Part shown: piece after piece, positions 27,963-37,292 of the stretch
How positions within the stretch are numbered: position 1 is the first letter of the stretch
How the letters are laid out: the number at the start of each line of letters is the position of its first letter
From: Candidatus Marinacidobacterium sp.
GTDB lineage: Bacteria; Acidobacteriota; Vicinamibacteria; Marinacidobacterales; Marinacidobacteraceae
NCBI GenBank assembly: GCA_965220965.1
Contig: OZ244852.1
Span: 2,336,001 to 2,400,000 of the forward strand
DNA length: 64,000 nucleotides
Direction of reading: 5' to 3'
Notes under the pieces: model-generated
Seen by the model: the letters and a program-made list of their open reading frames with translations, nothing else
What the model was told of the DNA's origin: nothing
The model's database searches: none
Program-made: the position numbers and the translations under genes

Positions 27963-29657
27963 ATGGACTCTTCCGAACGGAGCGCCCGCTCCCGGCGCAA
28001 CTTCCTCGCCTGGTGCTCCGGCGCCGGGCTCGGCGGGACGCTGTTCCCCGGCGCGCTGTGGGGCTGCATGCAGCGGGAGGGCGCGGAGCGCGTCAACCCC
28101 CGGATGATGCGGGAGGCCGCCGCCCTCGCCGGGCTCGAGTTCACCGACGAGGAATACGAGCTCATGGTGGACGAGGCGAACAAGAACTTCGACCACTACG
28201 AGGAGATGCGCCAGATCCCGCTCGACAACGCGGTCCCGCCGCCGCTCTATTTCAACCCGGTCGTCCCGGGGATGACCTTCGACCGGGAGGCCCGCGAGCT
28301 CCGGCGGAGCGCGGCGCCCGACGTGTCCCGGCCCGACGACCTCGAGGAGGCGGCCTTCTGGCCGCTGACCCACCTCGCGCGGCTCGTCGAGACCCGGCAG
28401 GTCACCGCGCTCGAGCTCACCGAGATGTACCTGGCGCGGCTCGAACGGCTGAACCCGGTCCTGAACTGCGTGGTGACGCTCACGGCGGAACGGGCGCGCG
28501 AGCAGGCGCGCGAAGCCGACGAGGAGATCGCCGCCGGGGACTACCGTGGTCCGCTCCACGGGATCCCGTGGGGCGCGAAGGACATCATCGCGGTCCGCGG
28601 CTACCGGACCACGTGGGGCGCCGGGCCGTTCGAGAACCAGGTGCTTGACCTCGACGCCGCCGTCGTCGAGCGCCTCGACGCCGCCGGGGCGATCCTCGTC
28701 GCCAAGCTCACCACCGGCGAGCTGGCCTTCGGGGACCGCTGGTTCGGAGGCCGCACGAACAACCCCTGGAACCCGGAGGAGGGCTCGAGCGGGTCCTCGG
28801 CGGGGTCGGGCTCGGCGGCCGGCGGCGGTCTCGTCGGGTTCGCCATCGGGACCGACACCGGCGGCTCGATCCTCTCGCCCTCGGTGCGCTGCGGCGTGGT
28901 CGGCCTCCGCCCCACGTTCGGCCGGGTGAGCCGCCACGGGGTCATGGCCGCCGGCTACTCGCTCGACAAGATCGGGCCGATGACCCGGACCGCGGAAGAC
29001 AACGCGCTCGTTCTCCACGCGATCGCCGGCCCGGACGACCGCGATCTCGCGGTGGTCCGGGACGTCCCGTTCTCCTGGGACGGGACCGCTTCGGGACGCG
29101 ATCTCCGGATCGGCTACGTCGAGTCCGCGTTCGACGACCCCGAGTCGCCGGAGGACGAGGAGACGCTCGCCCACGCCCGGCGGACGCTTGAGACGCTGCG
29201 CGGACTCGGCTACGACCTGACCCCGGTCGAGCTTCCGGCGAACCGGCTGACCTACTTCATCGAGTATGTCGAGCGGTCGGCCGGCTTCGATCAGTTCGCC
29301 CGTGAGCGGCGCGACCAGGACCTCGTCCGGCAGCGGCACCGCGGCGAGCTGCGGGCCTCGCATCTGGTCCCGGCGGTCGAGTACCTCCAGGCGAACCGCA
29401 TCCGACGGCTCAACATGGAGGAAGTCGCCGTCGCGCTCGCCGACCTCGACGCCGTCGTCTCCCCGTGGCGGGCGATCAACGCGGTGACGAGCATGACCGG
29501 GCACCCGGTCGTGACCGTGCCGAACGGGTTCGCCGAGGACGGGACGCCCACCGGGATCGCGCTCCTGGGGCAGATCTACGGCGAGGAGCGTCTCCTGCTC
29601 GCCGCGAAGATCCTGCAGGACGCGACGGACTTCCACCTCCGCCACCCGGATCTCTGA
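27963..29657 (+). CDS. Amidase signature family enzyme, Tat-exported
   Basis: SRRNFL; GPLHGIPWGAKD, SSGSSAGS, GTDTGGSI. Confidence 0.93.
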   Translation: MDSSERSARSRRNFLAWCSGAGLGGTLFPGALWGCMQREGAERVNPRMMREAAALAGLEFTDEEYELMVDEANKNFDHYEEMRQIPLDNAVPPPLYFNPVVPGMTFDREARELRRSAAPDVSRPDDLEEAAFWPLTHLARLVETRQVTALELTEMYLARLERLNPVLNCVVTLTAERAREQAREADEEIAAGDYRGPLHGIPWGAKDIIAVRGYRTTWGAGPFENQVLDLDAAVVERLDAAGAILVAKLTTGELAFGDRWFGGRTNNPWNPEEGSSGSSAGSGSAAGGGLVGFAIGTDTGGSILSPSVRCGVVGLRPTFGRVSRHGVMAAGYSLDKIGPMTRTAEDNALVLHAIAGPDDRDLAVVRDVPFSWDGTASGRDLRIGYVESAFDDPESPEDEETLAHARRTLETLRGLGYDLTPVELPANRLTYFIEYVERSAGFDQFARERRDQDLVRQRHRGELRASHLVPAVEYLQANRIRRLNMEEVAVALADLDAVVSPWRAINAVTSMTGHPVVTVPNGFAEDGTPTGIALLGQIYGEERLLLAAKILQDATDFHLRHPDL

Positions 29658-29698
29658 GGGCGGGCCGCATCGGTCGCTACGCCTCCCAGGCGCAGGCG

Positions 29699-30751
29699 TC
29701 AGGTCGTGCGAGTCGGTCCAGGCAGCTCCAGTCTGGAGTGCGAGAACTTGTAGACCCCTCTGTCTCGCTTTCCCTCTGGCGGATGACATCGGAGGCTCCA
29801 GGCCTCCTGGAGCGACTTCACCTGTCTCGGTAGGCGCACCTCTCCAACGAGATTCTGCTGCGCCATCGCCTTGATCCTGTTCCCGATTCCGGAAGTGTGC
29901 CTCTCATGCCACCGCTCAAACACGGACTCGTGCCAGGTCCACGGTTGCTGCGACAGCGTCACGAGCCCCCTGATGATCCGTGCGAAGACGCGGGTTCCGA
30001 TCCGCACGCGCGGACGGCCGGACTCGCGGTCGCGAGCCGTATACCGCAACCATGACATGTTGCGGCGCTGTCCCTTGGGTAGGTCGCTGGGGTAGTAGAC
30101 AGAATCCGCTTTCTTCAGGAAATCAGGAAACGTCTTCCACGGCATTTTGGAAAACGCGATCGGTTGGCTTGAGGCCGGCTTGTGTTCGCCAACGTGATCT
30201 TGGGTCAACTCGGCTCCATCCTGGATGAACGTGTGCGTCTCCTCCCGGAATGGCGTGTCGGATGGCGAGAGCACGGAACCGATCGTCTGCTTTCCCTGGA
30301 CAATATCGATCACGCCTCCATGTAGGGACTCCAGATAGAGGTCTTCGAGCGCATCCTCCATCTGCGGCTTGTCCGCCTCCCGAAGCAGTCTTTTGTGGAG
30401 GTGCGTCAGGTTGTGGCTCTGGCGGTCGTTCGCCAGGTCCTCGCGTGAGACCCCCGGATACTCCCGACCGGGGATCCGATCGACGCTTTGCGCGTAAACG
30501 AGCTGCAGGGCCAGTTCGAGGGCGCGACCACCGTGGTACGCGCTGAGGTCTTCGCACTCGTGCCGCTGAGCAAGCAGGCGAATCGTGTCTTCGCCACCGG
30601 CGCCGGGCGCGGCGCGGCCTACTCCGTAGGCCAAGGTCCATGACTTGGCCTCCAGAAGGAACATCTGTTCCAGTTGGGCCTGCACGCTCTCCTCAAGCGC
30701 CAGGAGCTGATCGGAGCCAGCCTTTCCTGGGGGGGTCGCCCAGAACTTCAT
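29699..30751 (-). CDS. Hypothetical protein, possibly HEPN-like, atypical composition
   Basis: 350-aa ORF with GAGG RBS and visibly lower GC; ALELAL and SHNL motifs. Confidence 0.6.
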   Translation of the reverse strand: MKFWATPPGKAGSDQLLALEESVQAQLEQMFLLEAKSWTLAYGVGRAAPGAGGEDTIRLLAQRHECEDLSAYHGGRALELALQLVYAQSVDRIPGREYPGVSREDLANDRQSHNLTHLHKRLLREADKPQMEDALEDLYLESLHGGVIDIVQGKQTIGSVLSPSDTPFREETHTFIQDGAELTQDHVGEHKPASSQPIAFSKMPWKTFPDFLKKADSVYYPSDLPKGQRRNMSWLRYTARDRESGRPRVRIGTRVFARIIRGLVTLSQQPWTWHESVFERWHERHTSGIGNRIKAMAQQNLVGEVRLPRQVKSLQEAWSLRCHPPEGKRDRGVYKFSHSRLELPGPTRTT

Positions 30752-30809
30752 TCAGAACCTCACCGCGCGGCGCGGTTGGTTGCCTCCTGACACATCGAGG
30801 CGCGGTCGG

Positions 30810-33014
30810 TCAGGGAAGCTCCGCCAGCGCCCCCTCGGCGGCGTTCCGCAGCACGTTCCGGGGCGACGCCATCCCGGCGGCTTCCTCGAGGACGCTTCGC
30901 ACGGCCGGATCTCCGGTCGCCCCGAGCGCGGTGAGCGCCGCCGCCCGCGCGCGGTAGCTGGTGTCCTCCCGGAAACGCGCGATCAGGAACTCCGGGTCGG
31001 CCGCGCCGCCGAGACGCGCCACCGCCTCGGTGCGCACATCGGACTTCGCGTCGCCGGTGGCGGCCTGGCGCAAAACAGCGTGGTCCGCCGGGTCTTCCGG
31101 GTCGAGCCCGGCGACCGCCGCCTGCCGCACTGACCAGAACGGATCCCCGGCGGCGACCTCGCGCAGGACCGCCCGCGCCTCGCCGTCGCCGAGCGCTCCC
31201 AGCGCCTCGGCGGCGCGGCGCCGTCCGACGGAGTCGTCATCCAGGATCTGGGCCGCCCACTCCTCGAAGCTCTTGGCGAAGCGGATCTCGCCGGGCAGCA
31301 CGTCGTCGGCGTCGAACCGCACGTAGAGGGGCCGGGAGGCGGCCGGATAGCGGACCGTCGCTTCCCGCTCCTCGAGCAGGAAGGGGTGGGTCTCTTCCCC
31401 CTCCCCGGTCACGACCCGGACGGTCAGCGGGGCCCGGTAGGCGAGGGGAACGGTCCCGAGACTCGCCGCCTCGGTCTGGACCTGCCGCACGCTCAGTTCG
31501 ACGCTCCCATCGGACCACTCGCTCTCCAGTTCGAGGATCGGGTGCCCCGGGCGGCGGAGCCACATGTCCACGAACCAGCGGATGTCCCCGCCGCCGGCCT
31601 CGGCGAAGGCGGCGATGAAGTCCTCAGTGTCCACCGGCTGGAACGCGTGCTTCTCGAGGAAATGCTCGATCGAGTCGTGGAAGGCCTCGGGGCCGGTGAT
31701 GTGGCGCAGCAGGTGGATCAGCGCGGCGCCCTTGGGATAGGTGTGGGAGTCGAAGTTGTCGTTCGGGCGGATCCAGCGGTTCGAGACGACCGGGCGAAGG
31801 ACGGTGCGCGCCTGCCGGAAATAGGACTGGCGCTTCCGGCGCATGTTCTCGGCCGCCTCGTCGGGACCCAGTTCCTCCGCGTGCCAGCGGTACTCGGACC
31901 AGGTCGCGAAGCTCTCGCTGAGCCAGGTCTCACCCCAGTCGCGGTAGGAGACCAGGTTCCCCCACCAGTGGTGCGCGGCCTCATGCGCCACCAGCCCGTG
32001 ACTCGGGAAGTCCTGCTCGGCGGCCTCGTCGTGGATCGTGCTCTGCCCGAGCACGGTGGCGGTCGTGCTCTCGGCGCCGCCTCCGATCCCGGGGATCGTC
32101 ACCTGGTCGTACTTGTTCCAGGGGTACGGGACGCCGTACTCCTCCTCGAAGAAGGCCATCATCGCCGGGGTCTTGTGGAAGCTGCGGTCCGCGTCCTCCA
32201 CGTCCTTCGGGTAGACCCAGTAGTTCACCGGAATGTCGCCGTGGCTGTCCTCGATCACCTCGTAGGGCCCGGCGGCGAGAACCGAGAGGTACGTCGGGTG
32301 GGGCTCGTCGAGCCGCCAGTGGTGCGTCCGGGTCCCAGGACGCGGGCCCTCCTCGATACCGACGAGCCGGCCGTTCGAGAGAACTCTCCAGTCCTCGCGC
32401 ACGGTGGCGAGGAGCTCGAACGTGGCCCGGTCCGAGGGGTGGTCGACCGAGGGGTACCAGTGCCGCGCGCCCTCCGGGAAGGACAGCGTGTTGATGAGCT
32501 CGGGATTGGCGTCGGTGGGGGCCTTGAAGTCGAGCCCGAGGTCGTAGCTGGCGGGCATCCCGTAGCGGGTGGCGTCCACGTCGATCCCGGTCCCGCCGTA
32601 GTCCACCTCGATCTCGAGTTCTTCGCCCTGGGGCAGCACCTCGGCGAGTTCGATGGCGAGCGTCCCGCCTTCGTGGCGGAAGTCGAGTTCCGCGCCCTCC
32701 GCGCGAACCGCCCGCACTTCGAAGGTCTCCGCGTCGAGCGCGAGCGAGCTCAGGTCTTCCTCGGCGCGAAGCTGGATGCGCGCCGTTCCCTCGAGCCCCT
32801 TCGTCGTCTCGTCGAGGTCGAGGGCGACCCGGTAGTGGAGCACGTCGAACGGCTCGTCCCGCAGCGCCCGCTCCGGATAGTGGGTGAGATCCTCGAGCGC
32901 GGACTCTGCTGGGGGCGGCGGTTCGGGGGCGCAAGCCAGCGCCCCGGCGAGCGCGGCGGCGAGCAGGGCGCCCGCCAGGGGAAGCTGGCGGCGGAGGCCT
33001 TCGAGGCGGTTCAT
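30810..33014 (-). CDS. M1 aminopeptidase lipoprotein with C-terminal HEAT repeats
   Basis: ALAC lipobox; GGAES, HEAAH(x18)E (WLSES), TYPKGA; ATGA overlap with the TonB receptor gene. Confidence 0.93.
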   Translation of the reverse strand: MNRLEGLRRQLPLAGALLAAALAGALACAPEPPPPAESALEDLTHYPERALRDEPFDVLHYRVALDLDETTKGLEGTARIQLRAEEDLSSLALDAETFEVRAVRAEGAELDFRHEGGTLAIELAEVLPQGEELEIEVDYGGTGIDVDATRYGMPASYDLGLDFKAPTDANPELINTLSFPEGARHWYPSVDHPSDRATFELLATVREDWRVLSNGRLVGIEEGPRPGTRTHHWRLDEPHPTYLSVLAAGPYEVIEDSHGDIPVNYWVYPKDVEDADRSFHKTPAMMAFFEEEYGVPYPWNKYDQVTIPGIGGGAESTTATVLGQSTIHDEAAEQDFPSHGLVAHEAAHHWWGNLVSYRDWGETWLSESFATWSEYRWHAEELGPDEAAENMRRKRQSYFRQARTVLRPVVSNRWIRPNDNFDSHTYPKGAALIHLLRHITGPEAFHDSIEHFLEKHAFQPVDTEDFIAAFAEAGGGDIRWFVDMWLRRPGHPILELESEWSDGSVELSVRQVQTEAASLGTVPLAYRAPLTVRVVTGEGEETHPFLLEEREATVRYPAASRPLYVRFDADDVLPGEIRFAKSFEEWAAQILDDDSVGRRRAAEALGALGDGEARAVLREVAAGDPFWSVRQAAVAGLDPEDPADHAVLRQAATGDAKSDVRTEAVARLGGAADPEFLIARFREDTSYRARAAALTALGATGDPAVRSVLEEAAGMASPRNVLRNAAEGALAELP

Positions 33015-34951
33015 CGGGAGAGGTCGAAGTCCACGCCGATGTGGACCGCTCTGGGGGTGCCCAGCGTCTCGATCGGAGTGCGCGCCGAGATGATCTCGGC
33101 GTCGAGCAGGTTTTCGCCGGCGGCGAACACCGTGACCTGCGAGCTCAGCGGGAAGGCGACCCGGAGCCCCACCGAGACGAAGCTCGCCATCGGGAGCTCG
33201 TTCCGGTCGTCCTCGAACTGCTCCGACTGGAACCGGACGTCCCCGCGAACCACGGCCGGCCCGCGCCAGACGATGCCCGCCGAGCCTTGGTGGAGGGGAA
33301 CCTGGGGGATCCGCAGCCCGGTCTCCTCGACCTCGGTTGCGGATAGCAGGTAGGCGGCGAAGAACTCGAGGTCGGCGGCGGGGAACGCCCAGATCTCGGC
33401 CTCCGCGCCCCGAGCCGTCGCGCGTCCGATGTTCTGGCGCTGGCGGAAGACGCCCTGGTCGTTCACTTCGAGCGTTACGTTCCCCACCGTGTCGCGCAGC
33501 GAATTCCACCAGCCGTTGGCGCGCACCATCCAGCGGGCGTCGGGGTGGAAGTCCACGCCGGCCTCGGCGCCGTAGAGCGTCTCCTCGCCGAGCGCATCGT
33601 TCGCCGCGACCCGGACATTCCCCACCCGGAACGGCCGGTAGAGCTCGTTCAGCGAGGGCGCGCGGAACCCGCGGTAGGCGGAGGCGCGCAGCGTGGCTGC
33701 GGAGGACGCCCGGTAGCGAAGCCCGAGGCGGGGGTTCACGCTCGCCTTCGTCCCGGCGTTCTCCCACAAGTCGAGCCGGCCGTCGGCGGTGAGTTCGAGG
33801 TTGGTCGCGAGCTCGAGCCGCTGCTGGACGAATGCGCCCAGCCGGTTCTGGATGTGCTCGTCCCACGAGGACCGGATCCAGTCGGCGCCGGCCTGGAGCC
33901 CTTCGCCGAGCCGGGCCGAGAACGACCCGCCCAGACCCGAGTACTCGTACATCTGCTGCGAGGTGGGGATCTCGCGGTCCCGCCCGGCCAGGATCCGGGA
34001 GAAGTCGCTGTTCAGGCGCGAACTCTGGCCAAAGGCGCGCAGGTCCCAGCGGTCCCCGGTGACGCCGCCCTCCACGAAGACCATGCGCGAGTCGTTCACC
34101 TGGATGGGCGTGCCGTTCCGGCGATCCTCGGAGTAGTAGTTGACCGCCACGTGAGCCCGGCCGGCGGTCGCGCGGCCCACCAGCGAGCTGAAGTCCACCC
34201 CGGCTGGCTCGTCGACCGCGCCCCGCTCCGCTTCCCGGATGCGGTGGTAACCGTCGCTGTTCAGGATCCGGGCCGCGCCGATGACGGAAACGTCCCCGGC
34301 CGAGTGCGAGGCGAGCACCTCGCCGTCACGGATGCCGAAGCTCCCGAACCGGCCCCGCGCGCGGAGAACCCCCGGCTCCGGCTGGCGGGAAAGCAACTGG
34401 ATCGTGCCTCCGAGCGCCGAGCTCCCGTAGAGCGGGCTGGCGGCGCCGCGGGCGACCTCGGCGCGGTCCAGATAGAGCGTCGGCAGCCGGTTCCAGTACA
34501 CCCAGTTCCCGAACGGGTCGTTCATCGGGACGCCGTCCCACAGGACGAGCGTGCGGCTCGCCCCGCTGGGCCCGATCCCGCGCAGGGAGACGCCGGTCGT
34601 CGTGGGATGGGAGATGAAGCTGGTGTTCCGGCGGAAGAGGCCGAACCCCGGAACCCGGGAGAGCGCCTCGTCCATGAGCATCCCGGGAGACTCGGCGAGC
34701 GCCTCGCCGCTCACCGGGGTCACGAACGCGGCGGCGTCGCGGAGCGGTTCCTCGTTGCGGCTCGCGGTGACGACGACCGTCTCGGAGTGCGCCGGGCGGG
34801 CGTCTTCCTCGTCCTCCGATGCTTCGTCCTGGACTCTCTCTTCCGGATCGTCCTCGGCAGAGAGAGCCGGCGATGGCGCCAGCATGACCGCGAGGAGCGG
34901 CAGCGCCAGAAGGGCGCGCGCCGCCCGGACCCGAAGGGGGGGTGTCGTCAT
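33011..34951 (-). CDS. TonB-dependent receptor
   Basis: ETVVVTASR TonB box, SLRG, LWDGVP.ND, RGAAS.LYGS.ALGGTI, FRAPSL.ELY, ENLLD. Confidence 0.93.
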   Translation of the reverse strand: MTTPPLRVRAARALLALPLLAVMLAPSPALSAEDDPEERVQDEASEDEEDARPAHSETVVVTASRNEEPLRDAAAFVTPVSGEALAESPGMLMDEALSRVPGFGLFRRNTSFISHPTTTGVSLRGIGPSGASRTLVLWDGVPMNDPFGNWVYWNRLPTLYLDRAEVARGAASPLYGSSALGGTIQLLSRQPEPGVLRARGRFGSFGIRDGEVLASHSAGDVSVIGAARILNSDGYHRIREAERGAVDEPAGVDFSSLVGRATAGRAHVAVNYYSEDRRNGTPIQVNDSRMVFVEGGVTGDRWDLRAFGQSSRLNSDFSRILAGRDREIPTSQQMYEYSGLGGSFSARLGEGLQAGADWIRSSWDEHIQNRLGAFVQQRLELATNLELTADGRLDLWENAGTKASVNPRLGLRYRASSAATLRASAYRGFRAPSLNELYRPFRVGNVRVAANDALGEETLYGAEAGVDFHPDARWMVRANGWWNSLRDTVGNVTLEVNDQGVFRQRQNIGRATARGAEAEIWAFPAADLEFFAAYLLSATEVEETGLRIPQVPLHQGSAGIVWRGPAVVRGDVRFQSEQFEDDRNELPMASFVSVGLRVAFPLSSQVTVFAAGENLLDAEIISARTPIETLGTPRAVHIGVDFDLSR

Positions 34952-35036
34952 TGCGAAGCAGGATATATCGGGCGGAATCGGCTCCAACCCGACGAGGAAC
35001 CGGTCCGCGAGGCCCCGACCAACTTTCGCGGGAACC

Positions 35037-35668
35037 TCAACCGTTCCGGGGTTGCTTCCAGAGCCGGACTACGAACCGGTCGTCGTCTTCCTCCAGGTCC
35101 GGCTCCGTTCCGTTGTGGCGCCGCATGGAAGCGATGATCCGGTTGCGAACGCCCATGCCGAAGTGCTCGATGTAGCCGTAGTCCCGAAGGATCTCCTTGA
35201 GCAGCTCGTTGCGCGCCACCCGGACGACGCCCTCCCGCATCTTGTCGACGGTGACGCCGTTCGGAAGCCGGCCAGGGGAAATCACCTCGAGCCGGTCCCC
35301 ATAGATCGACACCTCGATATCCGTTCCCTCGCGCGCGTCCGTGTCGTACCCCTTCTCTTCCCCGGAGAACGCCACCGCGGTCACGCCCGCCTGCGGCAGG
35401 CGACGGTTCGGGTTGTCCCCAAACAGCAACAGGCCCGCGACCGAAGCGCGCGGATCGCCGGACGACCCGACGAGCAGGTCCGAGTTGAACAGGAGGCGGC
35501 GCCAACTCTCGCCGTGTCCCGCGCCGGCGCGGAGCGCTTCAGCACGTCCCGGTAGTAGTTCTCCACACGGTCCATGGCGAAACTCCTGGGGCCGGTGTCC
35601 TGAACACCGCGAGGCTCGTACCGGATGAGAAGGGGAGCCTGAGGCTCGAGCGATTCGGCCAAGTTCAT
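35037..35668 (-). pseudogene. Decayed AlbA_2/HATPase_c_4 (RecG C-terminal-like) gene
   Basis: Frameshift near 35520; AGLLLFG..P.R joined directly to DRLEVISPG.LP, RN, G.G motifs; N-terminal domain and the NA..HRDY segment are missing. Confidence 0.75.
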
Positions 35669-36444
35669 GGCGCCGGATCCTTCCCGGAATGCTCGGGCGC
35701 GGTCCGCGATCCGAACTGGTCGATGAACCGCCGGATGAGGTCGTCGGCGCCGAGCGGAGGGATCGCGGCGCGGAGCGCCTCGAGATCGGGATACCCGGTG
35801 AGCGCGATGTAGCGGGGATAGTTCGCGAGCCGGGCGATCAGGTCCTCTCTCCCGAGCTCCGGGTGGAACTGGGTCCCGTAGATCGGCCGGTCGCGGAACC
35901 GGAAGGCCTGGTTCTCGACCGCCTCTGTGGAGGCCAGACAGACGGCGCCGTCCGGGAGCCGCGTCACGGTGTCCTCGTGGCCGATCACGGCGGGGAACCG
36001 GTCGCCGGCCCCGCCGAACACCGGGTCCCGACGGCCCGCATCGGTGAGCCGGAGTTCGCGGAAGCCGACCTCCACGTAGCGGCGCTCCTGGACGACTTCC
36101 CCGCCGAGCGCCCGCGCCAGCGCCTGGAACCCCCAGCAGGACCCGAACGTGGGCCCGGCGCGCTCGTAGAGCCGCTCCATCGTGTGCTGGACATCGTCGT
36201 TCCAGTGCCGCACGACCGAGTAATCGCCGCTGCCGCCGATGAACACGAGTTCGGCCTCGTCCAGAAGCGCCTCCGGGGGGCGTCCCCGGACGAGACTGAA
36301 GACGGCGAGCTCCCGTTCGGGAATCCCGAGGAACCCGGCGAAGACCCGGCGTTCCTGCGGCCCCATCGGGTCGTCCGGCTCGCGCGCCTGAAGGAGCAGA
36401 CAGCGCGGCCCGGAGTCCGCCTGGTCCGGCGACAGCCTCGTCAT
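35665..36444 (-). CDS. Class I glutamine amidotransferase (GMP synthase-like, stand-alone)
   Basis: GSCWGFQ nucleophile, HED, QFHPE. Confidence 0.9.
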   Translation of the reverse strand: MTRLSPDQADSGPRCLLLQAREPDDPMGPQERRVFAGFLGIPERELAVFSLVRGRPPEALLDEAELVFIGGSGDYSVVRHWNDDVQHTMERLYERAGPTFGSCWGFQALARALGGEVVQERRYVEVGFRELRLTDAGRRDPVFGGAGDRFPAVIGHEDTVTRLPDGAVCLASTEAVENQAFRFRDRPIYGTQFHPELGREDLIARLANYPRYIALTGYPDLEALRAAIPPLGADDLIRRFIDQFGSRTAPEHSGKDPAP

Positions 36445-36520
36445 GGAACGCAGCGGCCGACCCCGGCCCTTGGCCGCACCCATCCGGCGCGACGCGCCGC
36501 CCCGGGTCGCCGAGGCCTGA

Positions 36521-37210
36521 CTATAGACGGCGCAGGACGGAGCTCTGGAGTTCCTCCCGCCAGACGAGCTTCACCCCGGCGGCGGTGATCTCGTGCCGTT
36601 GCTCCGAGCCCTCGACGAAGCGGCTCCCGCTCCCGACGATGAGCCTGGTCCGGTCGCCCTCCCCTTCGAGATGAAAGCGGAACAACCCGCCGGTTCCCAG
36701 CGCCCGGAACCACATGACGGGTTCCGACAGCTCGAGCAGGGGCTCGAGTTCCGGCAGACGGAGACGATGACGCCGGAGCAGGTCGTCGCTCGCCCGGTCG
36801 CGGATCAGGTCATGGAAGCGCCGCTGGAGCGCCAGCAGCAGCGGAAGGGAAACCTCGTGGCGCACCTTCGGCGTCAGCACGGAGACGAGGTGGGAGTGTT
36901 CGCGCCGCTGGGCCACCTCGAGCGCGCGCTCGCCGCGCGCGGTCCGGAGCATCCGCCAGGCCCCCCGGGAGACGAGCCCCTCGGCCACATCCGCCGGGGC
37001 GCCATGCCACGCCGCCTGGTGGAGAGGCGCGTACCAGGAGGCGCCGCCCGGCCGAGGCCAGTTCACCCCCTCCGGCTCCTCGTCGAGCAGCCGGAAGACC
37101 CGGGACCAGTCGGCGTCCCGGGCGGCGTCGGCGAGAGCCTGCCCCCGCTCCCCGCGATGCCTCGGGTCCGTGATCCCGGGCCAGGATGGAATGACCGGGT
37201 TGTTTGCCAT
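36521..37210 (-). CDS. Ankyrin-repeat-containing protein
   Basis: APLHQAAWHG...LVSRGA...GERALEVA ankyrin pattern plus an unknown C-terminal domain. Confidence 0.75.
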   Translation of the reverse strand: MANNPVIPSWPGITDPRHRGERGQALADAARDADWSRVFRLLDEEPEGVNWPRPGGASWYAPLHQAAWHGAPADVAEGLVSRGAWRMLRTARGERALEVAQRREHSHLVSVLTPKVRHEVSLPLLLALQRRFHDLIRDRASDDLLRRHRLRLPELEPLLELSEPVMWFRALGTGGLFRFHLEGEGDRTRLIVGSGSRFVEGSEQRHEITAAGVKLVWREELQSSVLRRL

Positions 37211-37292
37211 GACGACACAGATGCTGGCGCCACCACCGGACAGGAGCCGTCACACCTACGGCGGCCGGACGCATGGCGCCGGCGCCGGACCT

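Noticed and set aside
29689-30814. Direct repeat flanking the HEPN-like orphan (GGCGC..GTCAGG)
   Set aside because: Too short and degenerate for this base composition.
35665-36444. Stand-alone GATase as the missing GlmS glutaminase
   Set aside because: It is class I (Cys-His-Glu), whereas GlmS uses a class II Ntn domain, and it is unlinked.
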